DNA from: Tubiluchus corallicola
Lineage: Eukaryota; Animalia; Priapulida
Assembly: GCA_030141605.1 (NCBI GenBank)
Contig: JAQGDQ010000008.1
Coordinates: 1,612,001-1,676,000 of the forward strand
Direction of reading: 5' to 3'
DNA length: 64,000 nt
The translations under genes and the position numbers were made by a program. The notes below the pieces were generated by a model. That model worked only from the letters and a program-made list of their open reading frames with translations, was not told the origin of the DNA and made no database searches. Of the stretch, positions 1 to 12,500 are shown in pieces (within the stretch, counting starts at the first letter, position 1; every line of letters starts with the position of its first letter).

Positions 1-350
1 TTAGATGCAGCCATTTTAACGATAAGTCATTTGAACCAGGTTTAGATAACACTAAATAAAGTTTGAAAATATAATTAGAGCATTTGTGGCATACACATCT
101 CTAACTAACTAAAATTTTAAATCACTGTATCTTGTCAATAAGATTAAAAATACGTTTTTTTGTTAGTGAGTGGTGCACCCTAGAGGGTGAGTCAGCGACA
201 TTTCATGAATTGGTGAAAACATTTTAAATAATTAATAATTTTCTTATCTAGTTACATGAGTCTTTCAAGCAGGTAAGCGAAATGCCAAGTGACATAACTT
301 TGCATGGAAAGTTTTTTAGGACATAGTTTAAATTTCCTTTTCTTCGCCTA
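1..350 (+). mobile_element. Dispersed non-autonomous DNA-element fragment (family B), truncated by window start
   Basis: Aligns by eye with 45890-46230 and 50235-50580 (shared blocks gccatttt, gtttagataaca, aagtttgaaaa, aataagattaaaaatacgttttt, gttaca..agt.tttcaag, tggaaagttttt). Confidence 0.65.
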
Positions 351-798
351 ATTTACATTGCTTGTATATTACGTCATGTAATGGCATGGTCGCTACAGTG
401 TTGCCGGAGATTTAGAATGAAAATAAACAAAAAACCCTTTCAACGCGAGTACGATGTACGCATAAATTTGGTATAAAGTAATATAATTTTTTAAGACAAT
501 TTTTTTGAAACCTACTTCAGGTATCCCTTTTCTTGTCCTTTAAGATAAAATCTTTATTTAAACTCGAATGAGCCACAGGCACCTTTACATCCAGCTTTAG
601 TGTACTAAAGCAATACACAGTATAAATGAATATTAAAAAAATGCAAAATATGAAATACAATTTAAACCTATAGAAATTTTACATGCATTTTTTTTCAAAA
701 TAATAAAAAGTCACAATTATACAATAAATAAAAGATTGTGAGGTTTAAATTCAGTTGACAAAAATGAACACAAATTGATAAAAAGAAAAAATACAGTA

Positions 799-1494
799 CA
801 GTAAGTTCTCGCTTAACGTTTCGTTTTAACGACGCTGACCTTTTGACACCTTTTTCACTTAACGATGCGTGTTTCACTTTAGCGACGATTTTTTTGCTTT
901 GCTCAAGCCAAGTTTTTTTTGTCAACAACATTTTTACGTAATTTGATGCATTAAAACAATACATATTGCATTGTTCTGTTCTAAAAGTGTAAACAGTGTA
1001 ATTATTATTTACATTTTTGTTTCCCGGCTGACTACTAAAATTTAATGCTAGCCGTTTATATCAAGCGAGGCTTGCCAGCAAACTTTATGCGTACAACGTA
1101 TTGCTACAGCAACCAGATTAAGTATCTCGATAAAATTTCCAAGGTCGCACAGGGCTTGGCTTTGACTCTGCAATGCTGTCAAACAAATAAAACTGCCAAA
1201 AGAGAAACTATCGAAAGTGTTACTAACAAAAGAGAAACCGCTATAGCTAGGTAATGGTAAGTAAGATATATAGGTGATTTCAGGCAAGCAGAAAAAAATT
1301 AATCAGTAGAAATATGAATAAAACTCTTAAAATGTTTCAGTTATATGATTTAACCAGCATTGACGTTTGCCTCTGGAATTTATCTCAATTCTTTTACATT
1401 ACTTTCTGTTAAACTCTTGGCTTCGTTTAATGACGTTTCACTTAATGTCGTGTTTTGCTAGAACGCATTAGCATCATTAAGTGAAGACTTGCTG
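799..1494 (+). mobile_element. Tc1/mariner (Tigger/pogo-like) MITE, ~700 bp
   Basis: TA|cagtaagttctcgcttaacg ... cattaagtgaagacttgctg|TA: imperfect TIRs with TA target duplication. Inverted homologous copy at 6135-6862. Confidence 0.8.
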
Positions 1495-1616
1495 TATATA
1501 TAAAAAATTTCTGGGTATACAAGATTGCAGTGACACAAATGTTATTCTATTTATGTGTTTATAAATAGATTCTAAACACACGTTATTCTAAAAACTTTTA
1601 TTTGATTTACTTTCAG

Positions 1617-4600
1617 ATGGCTGATTTTAGGATTCAAGCGAGAATTTAGCTTTGAGGATGGGCTGAAGTTGTTTGAGATATTGTCTAGTCATCATCTGGA
1701 ATTGAACTCAGTGGAAGCTGAGGCTCATCGTCAATTGCAGAGACACAAAGATTTTGAAGGCAAAGGTAAATATGTGATTAGATACTGGAGTATGTTGACT
1801 CTCATACATTATTGACCATGTTGAGATCTCTATGTGGTAGTGGCATATATTGTTGCAACACAAACTGTTGCAAGTGGATGTCAAAGCTACATGCCTTCGA
1901 CTAGTTTGGCTGCTTTGACATTGCTTACGTAAGAAACATTGACACATCAATATGGGATATCTTGGAAGTCGTTATCTTCGTATTTCTTCGTATGTTTTTA
2001 AATAAATAGAGCAAAATGTTTGAATATAGGCACACTTTTGAGAATTCTTTAAACCAAGTTAGATCAAAATCTGATTAGACTACTTCACTGGGAGCTGACA
2101 CATGTAGCCTAACTTTTTCAAGGCACTTCAGCTAATGACTAATACTTGCATTTCCAACGTCATTATTTGAAATTAAATGTTTGCACTTATTCTCTATTTA
2201 TTATTTCATCTTTGTCTTGTTGCTTAAACCTTTTTACTTGATGTAGTCTCATGAAAATCTCAGAAAACCCAATCTGTCAAATTGCAATGTTGCAAGAGTA
2301 TCTCAGCGACCAATCCATCAGTTGGGGTAATCTTGTGCTGGGACAGTCTCCCACAGCTCGTCGCAATAGTGGTTGTCCAGTTACTGCTTAAATATCAAAA
2401 AAATTTCAAAGACTGGTTTCAATTCATGTCAGAGCTTGCCAAGTTTGGAGAAAAATTTGAAAAGAAAATTAGGCTTTAGTATGTACAGTAACTTTTGAGA
2501 TGCCTTGTATATGTTCACTAATTATTTTTTTGTATCAAATGCTAAATAAAATGAACGTTCACTAAATGAAAGAGAAGAAAGCATGTGCAAATACTGAGTA
2601 ACTAATGCTAATTTTAAATGTGTCGTCTTGAAGATTCCCACGGATATTGTTAATTAAGTGCCTCATTTGACTAACATCAGAATCAATTAATTTCTATGTT
2701 ACACACGAACAAAGAAGGCAATTCATTATGTCTAGTTAGTATGCAGCCACTACTGTTCGTAAATTACTGCATTCAATACGACATTAATATAACATCATAC
2801 CATGACAAGATGAAGAGCACACATTAAATAGTTTACAATAAAAGATTAAGAACAGTTCGTTTATTCTTTTGTACTTAATTCAAGAGAGTTCATATAGAAC
2901 TGTGCTCAGGTAGTTCAGGTTTAAACATTGGCTGCATGTGTATTCTTTTGTGTCTTTTGCCTTTAAATTAGTAATGACATTTTTGTAACATCTTTGCATC
3001 TTAATTACACTAGTAAACAACTAAAATTACTAGTAAATAAATAAAATTAACTCAGAATCTCTAGTGAAACCATTTTCATCAATTTTAAACCTGACTGCTA
3101 CATATAGCGTTCAATTTTTTCTTTTCCGTTGTTTACCCCATTCTATTTTATTTGGCGTTATTTTTATAAAAATGATTCTAGTATGTAGATTGTGTTGCAT
3201 TCTGTGTTTGCTATATTATTTAACAGACGTTTTGCTCTGCTCCAAAATCATACCTGCTAAACTTGTCAAGTGGTGCTTATGTAGCCTGCAGATGTGTTTT
3301 CCACCTGTGGAATAGCGTGTGGAAAAAAATCAAAAGGAATAGCTGCAGAAAAAGACTGCATAGACTAGTGCATTGAAAACAATATAAAGCGATTTTATCT
3401 ATTCCGCACCCCCTAAAACGCATCCGCATGCTACATAAACGCTACTTAAAGCAGTAAAAGACTAATATTTATTTATTTATTCCAAAACCAAATAGTAAGG
3501 AGGCAGCAAAATCTTATATAAAAATATGCAATGTAGACATGACATCAGAAATAATCTAAAATAAGATATAGCGTAATGATAAATTATGATTAACAGCACA
3601 AATGATTATCAGCTCAGATCAGAAAGTGAACTTATATGATGTGAGCCAAACAGGCAAGATGGAATAACGGGAATGCAAAAGGTGCAAGATAAAAGGAAGA
3701 AAAGCCTGAAAGGTAATAAGTGTGAAGATGGATAAGATGATAAAATAATGGAATATAAGGATTAGGTTTACATTAGAATTTTAACAGTATTAATGAGCCA
3801 TAGCAACCAACAGGGTAAGTGCAAAAGGGGCAGCAACCAGTCACACTCAACCTCTTCTTGTTATCCTTTTTCTTTACTTTTCTTCTCTCCTATATTTTTT
3901 ATTTCAACTGCTTTTTGCAGAAGGGCAGCAGAGGAAAGAACAGCTTCCACCTCGAGACGAGTTCACTTTTGACTTGTTCATTGCCGCTGCAATTTTAATG
4001 GACCACAGAGACAAGTTATTTCGGTGTTCTGATCCAGCTACAGTTTTTCAATGTATATTTAGGTATAAGTTTCTTTGTTACCCCATTTTTCTTCATTTTC
4101 AGACCAAGTGTAAATTTTGTGCAAAACAATGTTGAACAAAAATAAGATGATTTTATTGGAGAAATTTGTGATGAAAATGAGCTTATCTTGATGATTCCAA
4201 GTTACTATGAGCTGTCTTCTTCTATAGTAGGCATACATTCAAAATTGTCATTATTTCTGATGACTATATTATTATCATTTTGCAATCATTTTGTAAATCA
4301 TATTTATAAGACTGTTAAAAATTAAAAATGTTTTCCTTTCTTGCAGTTTGTCCATGAATTTGGACGTTGATGACACTTTGTGCAAATCTGAAGCAGTATT
4401 CTTATCTTATTGTCGCAAATCTGTTCAGGAGAAAGCTGAGGTAATAGATGCTTGTTTTCTAAAGGAAATGTTTGTTGCAATTAGTAGCATTGTGAATGGA
4501 ACATTGCCCAAATTCTGAAGCAGTCCTTGAACCATAAAATGATTCGGATGCTTGGGACCTGATGTAGTACTTGGGGCTCTGATGTTGTGCTTAATATTGG

Positions 4601-4825
4601 ACAAGTAGTCACGTATCCAATAACAAAGCTTTAGTGAATGGTACAGTTACAAAAATGTGCTTTCGTAAAATCATATATTTAGTGGAAATTTGAAACTTTC
4701 ATTTGTTTCACAACATTGCATTTTTTCAGGAGGCCAGTAAAGGCAAATCTAAACGGACCAAACTTAAACTGAAACAAGGTGCCATAGTTGAGATGATCGA
4801 ATTTGGCAAAACACCTACTAGCTGA
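1617..4825 (+). CDS. 3' part of a TBC-domain Rab-GAP (TBC1D15/17-like); exons 1617-1765, 3921-4062, 4347-4440, 4730-4825 (stop)
   Basis: Spliced translation: (R)WLILGFKREFSFEDGLKLFEILSSHHLELNSVEAEAHRQLQRHKDFEGK/EGQQRKEQLPPRDEFTFDLFIAAAILMDHRDKLFRCSDPATVFQCIF/SLSMNLDVDDTLCKSEAVFLSYCRKSVQEKAE/EASKGKSKRTKLKLKQGAIVEMIEFGKTPTS*. RWLxxxFKREF is the TBC-domain C-terminal motif, and LSMNLDVDDTLCKSEA resembles TBC1D15 LSMKIDVEDILCKAEA (recalled). All junctions are GT-AG with consistent phases. The 5' part lies outside the window. Confidence 0.85.
3268..3447. mobile_element. Short (~180 bp) MITE in TBC intron
   Basis: ~32-bp imperfect TIRs aagtggtgcttatgtagcctgcagatgtgttt / aaacgcatccgcatgctacataaacgctactt. 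Confidence 0.55.
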
Positions 4826-5141
4826 CCTTGAGTAAAACATGGACTGAATATAATAAAGGTGCTCAATAACATTACCGTTTTATCTTAGATGGTAATTTTA
4901 TAACAATATTTAATGACAAGTAACAATTTTAGAAACATTTTATGATCTCACGTTCTTCAGTGCAGTAATAGATCATTCATTGTACTCTGTATGTGTTTAT
5001 TCAATTCATATCCAGCCTTACATTTTATTTGTATTCTCTGCTAAGCATTGTATGTATATTGCTATACATATAAGCTTACTGTCATTCCACTCTGTTAACG
5101 TTATGGTTTTTATTTTAATTTAATCTAATTTGTGTGTACAT

Positions 5142-5586
5142 GTAGTGTGGCTGAACAAAAATTAGCTATGCCAAGTAGTGTGGCTGAACAAAAATTAGCT
5201 ATGCCAAGTAGTGTGGGTGATTTTTTTAGCTATGTCAAGTAGCGTGTGTGGACATAAATTAGCTATGCCAAGTAGTGTGGGTGAACAAAAACCAGCTATG
5301 CCAAGTAGTGTGGGTGAACAAAAACTAGCTATGCCAAGTAGTGTGGGTGAACAAAAATTAGTTATGCCGAGTACTAGCTATGCCAAGTAGTGGGGGTGAA
5401 CAAAAATTAGCTATGCGAAGTAGTGTGTGTGGACAAAAATGAGCTATGTCAGGTAGTGTTGGTGAACAAAAATTAGTTATGCGAAGTAGTGTGGGTGAAC
5501 AAAAATTAGCTATGCCAAGTAGTGTGGATGAACAAAAATTAGCTATGTCAAGTAGTGTGGATGAACATAAAATAGCTATGCCAAGT
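5142..5586. repeat. 33-bp minisatellite, ~13 copies
   Basis: Unit gtagtgtgggtgaacaaaaattagctatgccaa repeated head to tail with no unique spacers, downstream of the TBC stop. Confidence 0.95.
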
Positions 5587-6134
5587 ATACAATCTACTCA
5601 GTGCTTTAAAAATGTGAGAGACTAGTCTGTGAGGGTATTTTTCGTACAGTTCTTACTAGAACATTTTTTATTAGAGGTAAAGTCACTTCATAAAATAATT
5701 CAAAGCTACAAAAGACAGGTTGCAATGAAATCATAATCTTCACATGATAGCATCAGTAAATGCAGCAAAATGAGTGTTTTGTTATGATCTGCTATGACAG
5801 TACCACGTTTGATTTGATAATTATGAATTATGAGATTGTAGCCAGTTCAGAACTTCAGATAATACTGTTTGTAAAACTTTTGAAGTTTGTAATTTTATCA
5901 GTGAGTACCAAGATAAATATACGTTCTTTTTTCTTGCTTAGAAATGGGATCATGTACACCAAACTGGAGAGAGTGTTTTATTTAATTGCCTTCTGATGAG
6001 ATTTTCCATTTGAAATATAGGGGAACATTTCTGGTTCGTTGGTCCTGCTTTTTTAACATAACAGCTGTCCTCTCCGGTTTTCACTAAAAAATCAGTTTCC
6101 CTTCCCATGGGCATTTCTGCTCTATATCACTGTA

Positions 6135-6862
6135 CAGTAAGTCCTCGTTTAATGCATTCCAGAAAAACGCGACGTTGAGTGAAACGCAGTTAAACAAAGC
6201 CAAGACTTCCACAGAAAGTAATGTAAAAGAATTGAGATATGTTCCAGAGGCAAAAATCAATGCTGCTTAAATCATATAAATTAAATGTTTTTTTAGTTTT
6301 ATTCATATTTCTACTGATTAATTTCTTTCTGTTTGCTTGAAATCACCTATCTTTTTATGATATCTAGCTAGACTTGCTAGCGGTTTCCTTTTCCTATACG
6401 TTGAAGCCTATATATATATATAGACAGTTAGCAGTTAAACGAGCCTGCATGAAGCGATTTCATGTAGTACTAACTTGGTTGTTATAGCAACAAAAGGGTT
6501 GCAGACAAAATTCTTTGGCATAAAGTTTAAACTTGGGTATGTAGAGGCATATAAATCGGCAAATAGATCTCGCTTGGTACACATGGCTAGAGCCGCTAGA
6601 ATTTAGTACGTAGTCAGTCGGGAACCAAAAGCCTTATACAATAATTACACTGTTTAGGTTACTAATGCATTTTTAGAACAAAATAATGCAACATGTACCG
6701 TTTTTATGTTTCAAATTAATTAAAAACATTGTTGATCAAATAAAAATGCCTTTGAGCAAAGTAAAAAAAATGAAACATCGTTGCATCGTTAATGTATCAA
6801 ATGTTCAGTGTCGTTAAAACGAAACGTCGCTAAACGGGTAGTCATTAAGCGAGAACTTACTG
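6135..6862 (-). mobile_element. Tc1/mariner (Tigger/pogo-like) MITE, inverted copy of 799-1494
   Basis: TA|cagtaagtcctcgtttaatg ... cattaagcgagaacttactg|TA. Internal blocks (e.g. gtagtcagtcgggaac) are reverse complements of the 799-1494 copy. Confidence 0.8.
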
Positions 6863-7249
6863 TACTCAATTATAATACTGCTGTGAGAATAAATTACATC
6901 ATCATTTTACATTTTAAATAATTAACTGTATGTGTGGCACTAAGAGTAGTGCTGTTGAGAATTTTGGCCAGATTAAAACATGTTTTTATGCAGTCTTCGC
7001 TTATTATATCCACCCTAACATATTTTTGATACATCAATAAACTTGTGGTAGCTAATTATATGTTAGTAATCAATTTGAATAAATTTGCAAAAGTTCATTG
7101 TAATGGTTTATTGTTTAATGAATGGTGTATTGTGTTAAGATATATTGTTATTGTGTAAGGGGATTCGAGAATCCTTTTGTAATCATATCAGCAGTTGTTA
7201 AAGAAATTATGAAATGACCACGTCAGTCATTATGTAGTGTGCAATAAGG

Positions 7250-7631
7250 TTTTTCACAATTTCACTGTGCACACTTGCAGTTGCTGCAGGTCAAAGGTTA
7301 AGTGAACCCCAGCAGCGAGTCTTAACTATAACTGTCATGTGACATGTGGGTAAAGCAAAGCTGTCTGCTGCACCAGTTCAGTAGCTTCAGTTGCAACGTC
7401 ATTTCCTTGTGACTTTACATAATTATGCATTAGTTTGTGCGATGTAGAGTGATTTACTAGCAGGATCTTGCATTTGAACAGGAATAAATGAAGGTTCTAG
7501 CTAGCTGTTAACGTGTTACTATTATAATAGCATGGGCTGCAAGGCGTTGTCAAGTGTACACAAATGCCTTGTCTGATTCACTTAACCTTTGACCTTTTCC
7601 CGATCATCATCAATCACTGAAACTGTGAAAA
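7250..7631. mobile_element. Probable MITE with inverted termini
   Basis: ttttcacaatttca...ggtcaaaggttaagtgaa at the left end and ttcacttaacctttgacc...tgaaactgtgaaaa at the right end. Confidence 0.5.
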
Positions 7632-9527
7632 GGGAGCTGGAACTTATTACTAGTGTATAATATGATTGCAACACAACATGTACTCAATTTCAAACACAAG
7701 AGTAATTTTCAACGACATTTATTGCTATTGCAAAGAGTCTAAAATAAAATAAATGATCATGATGAGTTTTATATATGTATTCTATGAATATGTTATTTGA
7801 ATTTACTGTTGTTAATTAAGCTAAATGCTATTTGCCAAGCGTTAAGCACTAGATTTCTTATTTCAGCTTGACGAACATAAGATACAATCACATTTTACTA
7901 ATTATTCTTACACATGTTTTTTATAAGCATATAATATATGTAACATATCCTATACAAGAAAAAATATACATATACTGTACTATCATAATATCATCACTAA
8001 ATAATGTAATGCTTATGACAGCGTTACATGCACAGCTATGGTTAAACATTTCAAATGTAATTTTTAGTTCTTCAAGTGTTAAACACTCATTTATCAATAA
8101 TCATTCACTTGATGTTTCTCAACGGAATGTTCAGTGATTTTTGTTGGTTCTTTCAAAACCCGCTCACCTGTGATCAGTTCATTTAAATGCTGTCTTGTCC
8201 ATCTGCTCTGTGTATCAAATTTATTGCTCACTAAAAACATGTAATACCAGTATTTTCAAGTACATACACATTACGCAATTGTAGTTTTATCACTTGCTAA
8301 AATCCACATTGTACCAGTTAACTATAGTTTAGTTATACGGCATTTTTAAGATTTAAGTCACTCTTTATACTAGTAACAATAAATAACATCAACACATATT
8401 AACAAAATAAAACATGGCCACTTTTCTAATTTTATGATAAATGATCATACAGATATGTAACTGATATTATACATTTTGTACAAAACTTAACAAAAATTTT
8501 TGTTGTGCATAGACTTAAGATACGAACACATGTTAAGACAACACAGTTCTTCGCTTTGCATTTCTATGTGTGCATCACATGATAATATTATGTTAATGAA
8601 TTTTCCATGTCAGTGTGTTATCAATAAAGTGGCACGTTTTTAGCGAAGGTCCTTAACTGAGTTTACTCGCTTGCAAGTTAATAAGCAACACTTTATGTAA
8701 TTAACATGCAGTAACATTAGTGGAATTTTAATTAGGCATCTGAGTGAATTTTTGTAATGTCACTAGATCAAGCTCACGCAGGCTGTTTAGTAGTGAAAAT
8801 GACTAATTGGTTAACAGAAAAATGGAGCTTGAAATCCACTTTGTACTCAACCAAAATACAGATTTCAGTTTCAGGTGTTCGTCAAAATATTTGTGAAAGT
8901 CAAGTTGTTCCCAATCTTGGGTACATGTATTCTCTAGAGGTGAGAGACAGCATTTCTGGGGTATCCATAGATAACATAAATGTTGATAGTTGTTTGAATT
9001 TTTCAGTAAAGCTGTGTTATACGTTCAAAGCCATGCTACTTTTGTAAAGTGTGTGAAATTTAAAGAAACATTCCTTAGGGGTGTGTCGCTTAGAGAGGAT
9101 GGGAAATCATAAGTATTTTCTGAGAAGTCATTTTCTACCTGATTAGTCTAGACTAGTCACTCTAGGGAAACCTTAACATATTTGAACGTTGGAATCGCTG
9201 CACAAAGCTTTTGATAAGACCTCGTCAGAAATAGTTTAGAAAATGCTTAAACACCGGCTTTTAGGTCATCTGAATGTATTCTGATTTCATCATACAATTA
9301 TGTCTAAGTACCGTCTTTTTTCTACTGGGCTATTAATCACTCATTATTAATTATACCTTAATCATTATATTAAAACAGACGGGGTAGTTCTGTGAAACAA
9401 CGAAACTTTACCTAAAACCTAAAACATTATGTGACTTAATGCTGTCTAGGCTTTGTACAATATTGCCTTGGATACACATACTTTTTATTTTTCCACATAT
9501 AAATGGTAGCTGCACTATACTACTCAT

Positions 9528-12500
9528 TTAGTCTACTTCATTTAAGAGGTGACCGCAGTGTGGACACTGAAGTCGCATTGTACCATTTGGTACTTCGGGT
9601 TTCTCTTCTTCGACAACAACAGACGGAACTTCCGCATCTTCTTTAAGCAATTTGTCCATCTTTACCATGAGACTAGCATCAACCATCTGAGGTACCGAGT
9701 CTCCGCTAAGTGACAGTGACTTGGATCGAACTCTTCTAGAAGTCGGCCAGCCGAAATTGTCCCCATTTTGTTCCTCCTCTTCCACTTCTTTCAATTCCCC
9801 CGTTGGATGTTTAGCCTGAAGTCGATTGTGGAAATCGTAGAGGTAGTCAATGCGAGAGTCAAGTGAATACTGCTTTTGTGACTTCAGCAAGCGCCTGCCA
9901 CTCGGGGACCTGCGTCCAAACGTAGAATCACTGAGTTGAGTTACAAACTCGTAGATGATGTCTTTGTTTTCAAATATTGCTGCAAACGATCCATTGACGA
10001 ACTTTGGTGACAGTGGAGTGTTGCTGAGCAGCAAGCTTAATCCATACTCCTTCCTGTTTTGTTCGTATTCTCCTGTTGGTTTCTTTGGGCGAAGTGTTAT
10101 GGTCGGTGGCAGTAGTCTTGACTCGTCGAAACTGGGTCCCGTTTCTGTCATAGTGCGGAGCACGTTATAGGCAGTCTCTCTGATGATTGTCCAGTCGCGG
10201 AGAATGTCGAATGTTGTTGTGTGTGTAGAAGTAACCGTAAAACGGATAACATATTTGCCTTTCAGTGAAGCTGGTACCATGTGAACCTTGCCACCGGTGT
10301 TTAGTTTTTTCAGAGTCGATTCAGTGAGGTAATTTTCTCCCTATTAAGAAAAACTGATTGAAGTAATTTCTTAACAACCAAAACGCGACTAAATCGCAAC
10401 AATTTAGCTGCATAATTTTGGTCTAAAACTAATGTTGTTTTTACCTTTAGTCTAAATACAGTCATTCCTAGTATACGTTCTGCTGGTATCTCGAAGTTTG
10501 GGTCAGCTCTTACTAACGATTCAAAGTACGCAGCCAACTTGATACCCTGAAATGAATGAAACGAAATAATAGTTTACAAAATTTTTGGATATTATAGCAG
10601 GTCCAATACATTTTCAAAATGCTGGTCTAGAAAATGTCTTTCACTAGTAATCTGGTTGTTTAATTTTGCCGCAGAGTGTAATGCAATTAAATGTATCTGT
10701 AGAATTAATGTAAATCTGTCTGCAAATAGACTGTCAGACTAAATTTAAATGAAGCCTATTTCCTGTGACTGATAGGTCAGTATGTCAATTGTGGATGTTA
10801 CTTTCCGAGCCGCTGATTAGCGCAGTAGTTTGGCTCGTCTTCAGTGACGATTGTTCTTCCTTGTACAAACAGTATAAATGCTCTACAGAATAAGTGATCA
10901 GTTTGTTGCCTCTAGTCTTTGACAGATGAGATTCTGCGCATCGGATATAAAGGGGGCGACGTATTACCTCTCTCACATGTTTCTGCAACCCGGAGATTCC
11001 ATATGAACGGATGACAAACCAAAGCTTTAGCGCTCGGAATCTTTTGCTTAGAGGAATTTGCCAATGCTGTAAATGAAGTAGAAAAATCATTATGAAATAA
11101 CAGTAATGTAGAAAAATTATTATGAAATAACAGTGATGCCTATGTTCTCAGTATAGCTCAAAAAAGTTACAAACAGTTTCTTAGAAAATATTACTAAAAC
11201 TTGGGCATGCCACCATGAGTTTTGTTTCGATTTCGTTATTTTATACTATTGACTTTTTTGACAGAATAAAACTTTGTTTCGAAATGACTGTTACAAGTTA
11301 CGTGATCAGCAAACTGCTTATCTGTTTTTTATCATATAATCTATTGTTTATACCACATAATCTATTGTTTTTTACCATATAATCTATTGTTTTTTTATCA
11401 TATAATCTATTGTTTTACCATATAATCTATTGTTTTTTTACCATATAATCTATTATTTTTACCGTACAATTTGTTGTTTTTATCATACAATCTATTGTTT
11501 TCTACCATATACTCTATTGTGTTTTATCATACAATCTAATGTTTTTACCACATAATTTATTGTTTTTTACCATACAATCTATTGTTTTTACCATATAATC
11601 TGTTGTTTTTTACCATATAATCTATTGTTTTTACCACATAATCTATCGTTATTTACCATATAATCTATTGTTTTTACCATATAATCTATTGCAGCTCCTG
11701 AGTTTTCATGCTTTAGATAAAGAGGTTCCACATTGAATGTTCTGTGCAGTGCACCACTATTTTTCAGCCTGTAACAACATAGAAATCTATCGGTACATAT
11801 TTATAGACATCACTTGAATTACATAATTATAAGTTAAATTTAGTTTTTTACATTAGCAACTGGAAGTCAGGACTAATTTCCTTAGCCATGTCACTTACCA
11901 CCTTAGCCATGTCACTTACCACCTTAGCCATGTCACTTACCAACTTAACCATGTCACTTACCACCTTAGCCATATCACTTACCACCTTAGTCATGTCACT
12001 TACCACCTTAGCCGGGTCACTTACCACCTTAACCATGTCACTTACTACCTTATTCATGTCACTTACCACCTTATCCATGTCACTTACCACCTTAGCCATG
12101 TCACTTACCACATAGCTGTACAGTCGAAATGAACCATCATCCACTTTGATGGATTGAATGCAAAGGAATGAGCATATTCAATTCCTGCCATGTACTTCTG
12201 ATATTCCGGACAAATGAAGGCTGTGCCAGCATAGGCTGCATCGATGTGCATCCATATTTCTTCCTCTTTGCCTAAAGAGTGTAAAACGTAAATAACTCTC
12301 AAATTTCAAATGTGATGAACACTAACTAATTTGCTTGAATTAATACTGAGTGATAAACGCTTTAATAAACCACAATTATTGTACATTTTATCGCAACTTA
12401 CAAATTGGTCCGAGTTCCGTCAGCTTGTCAAAAGCACATGCACCCGTTGTACCCAGAGTTGCACATAACTGCAATAAAAAACATTTCTAGCCAATAGTAG

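Noticed and set aside
5142-5586. 33-bp repeat array as a CRISPR array
   Set aside because: Units are contiguous with no unique spacers, there are no cas genes, and the context is eukaryotic. It is a minisatellite.
11848-12144. ORFs encoding (VVSDMAK)n and (MSLTTLA)n
   Set aside because: By-products of the 21-bp intronic repeat. They are out of frame with, or antisense to, Hdc exon 8.
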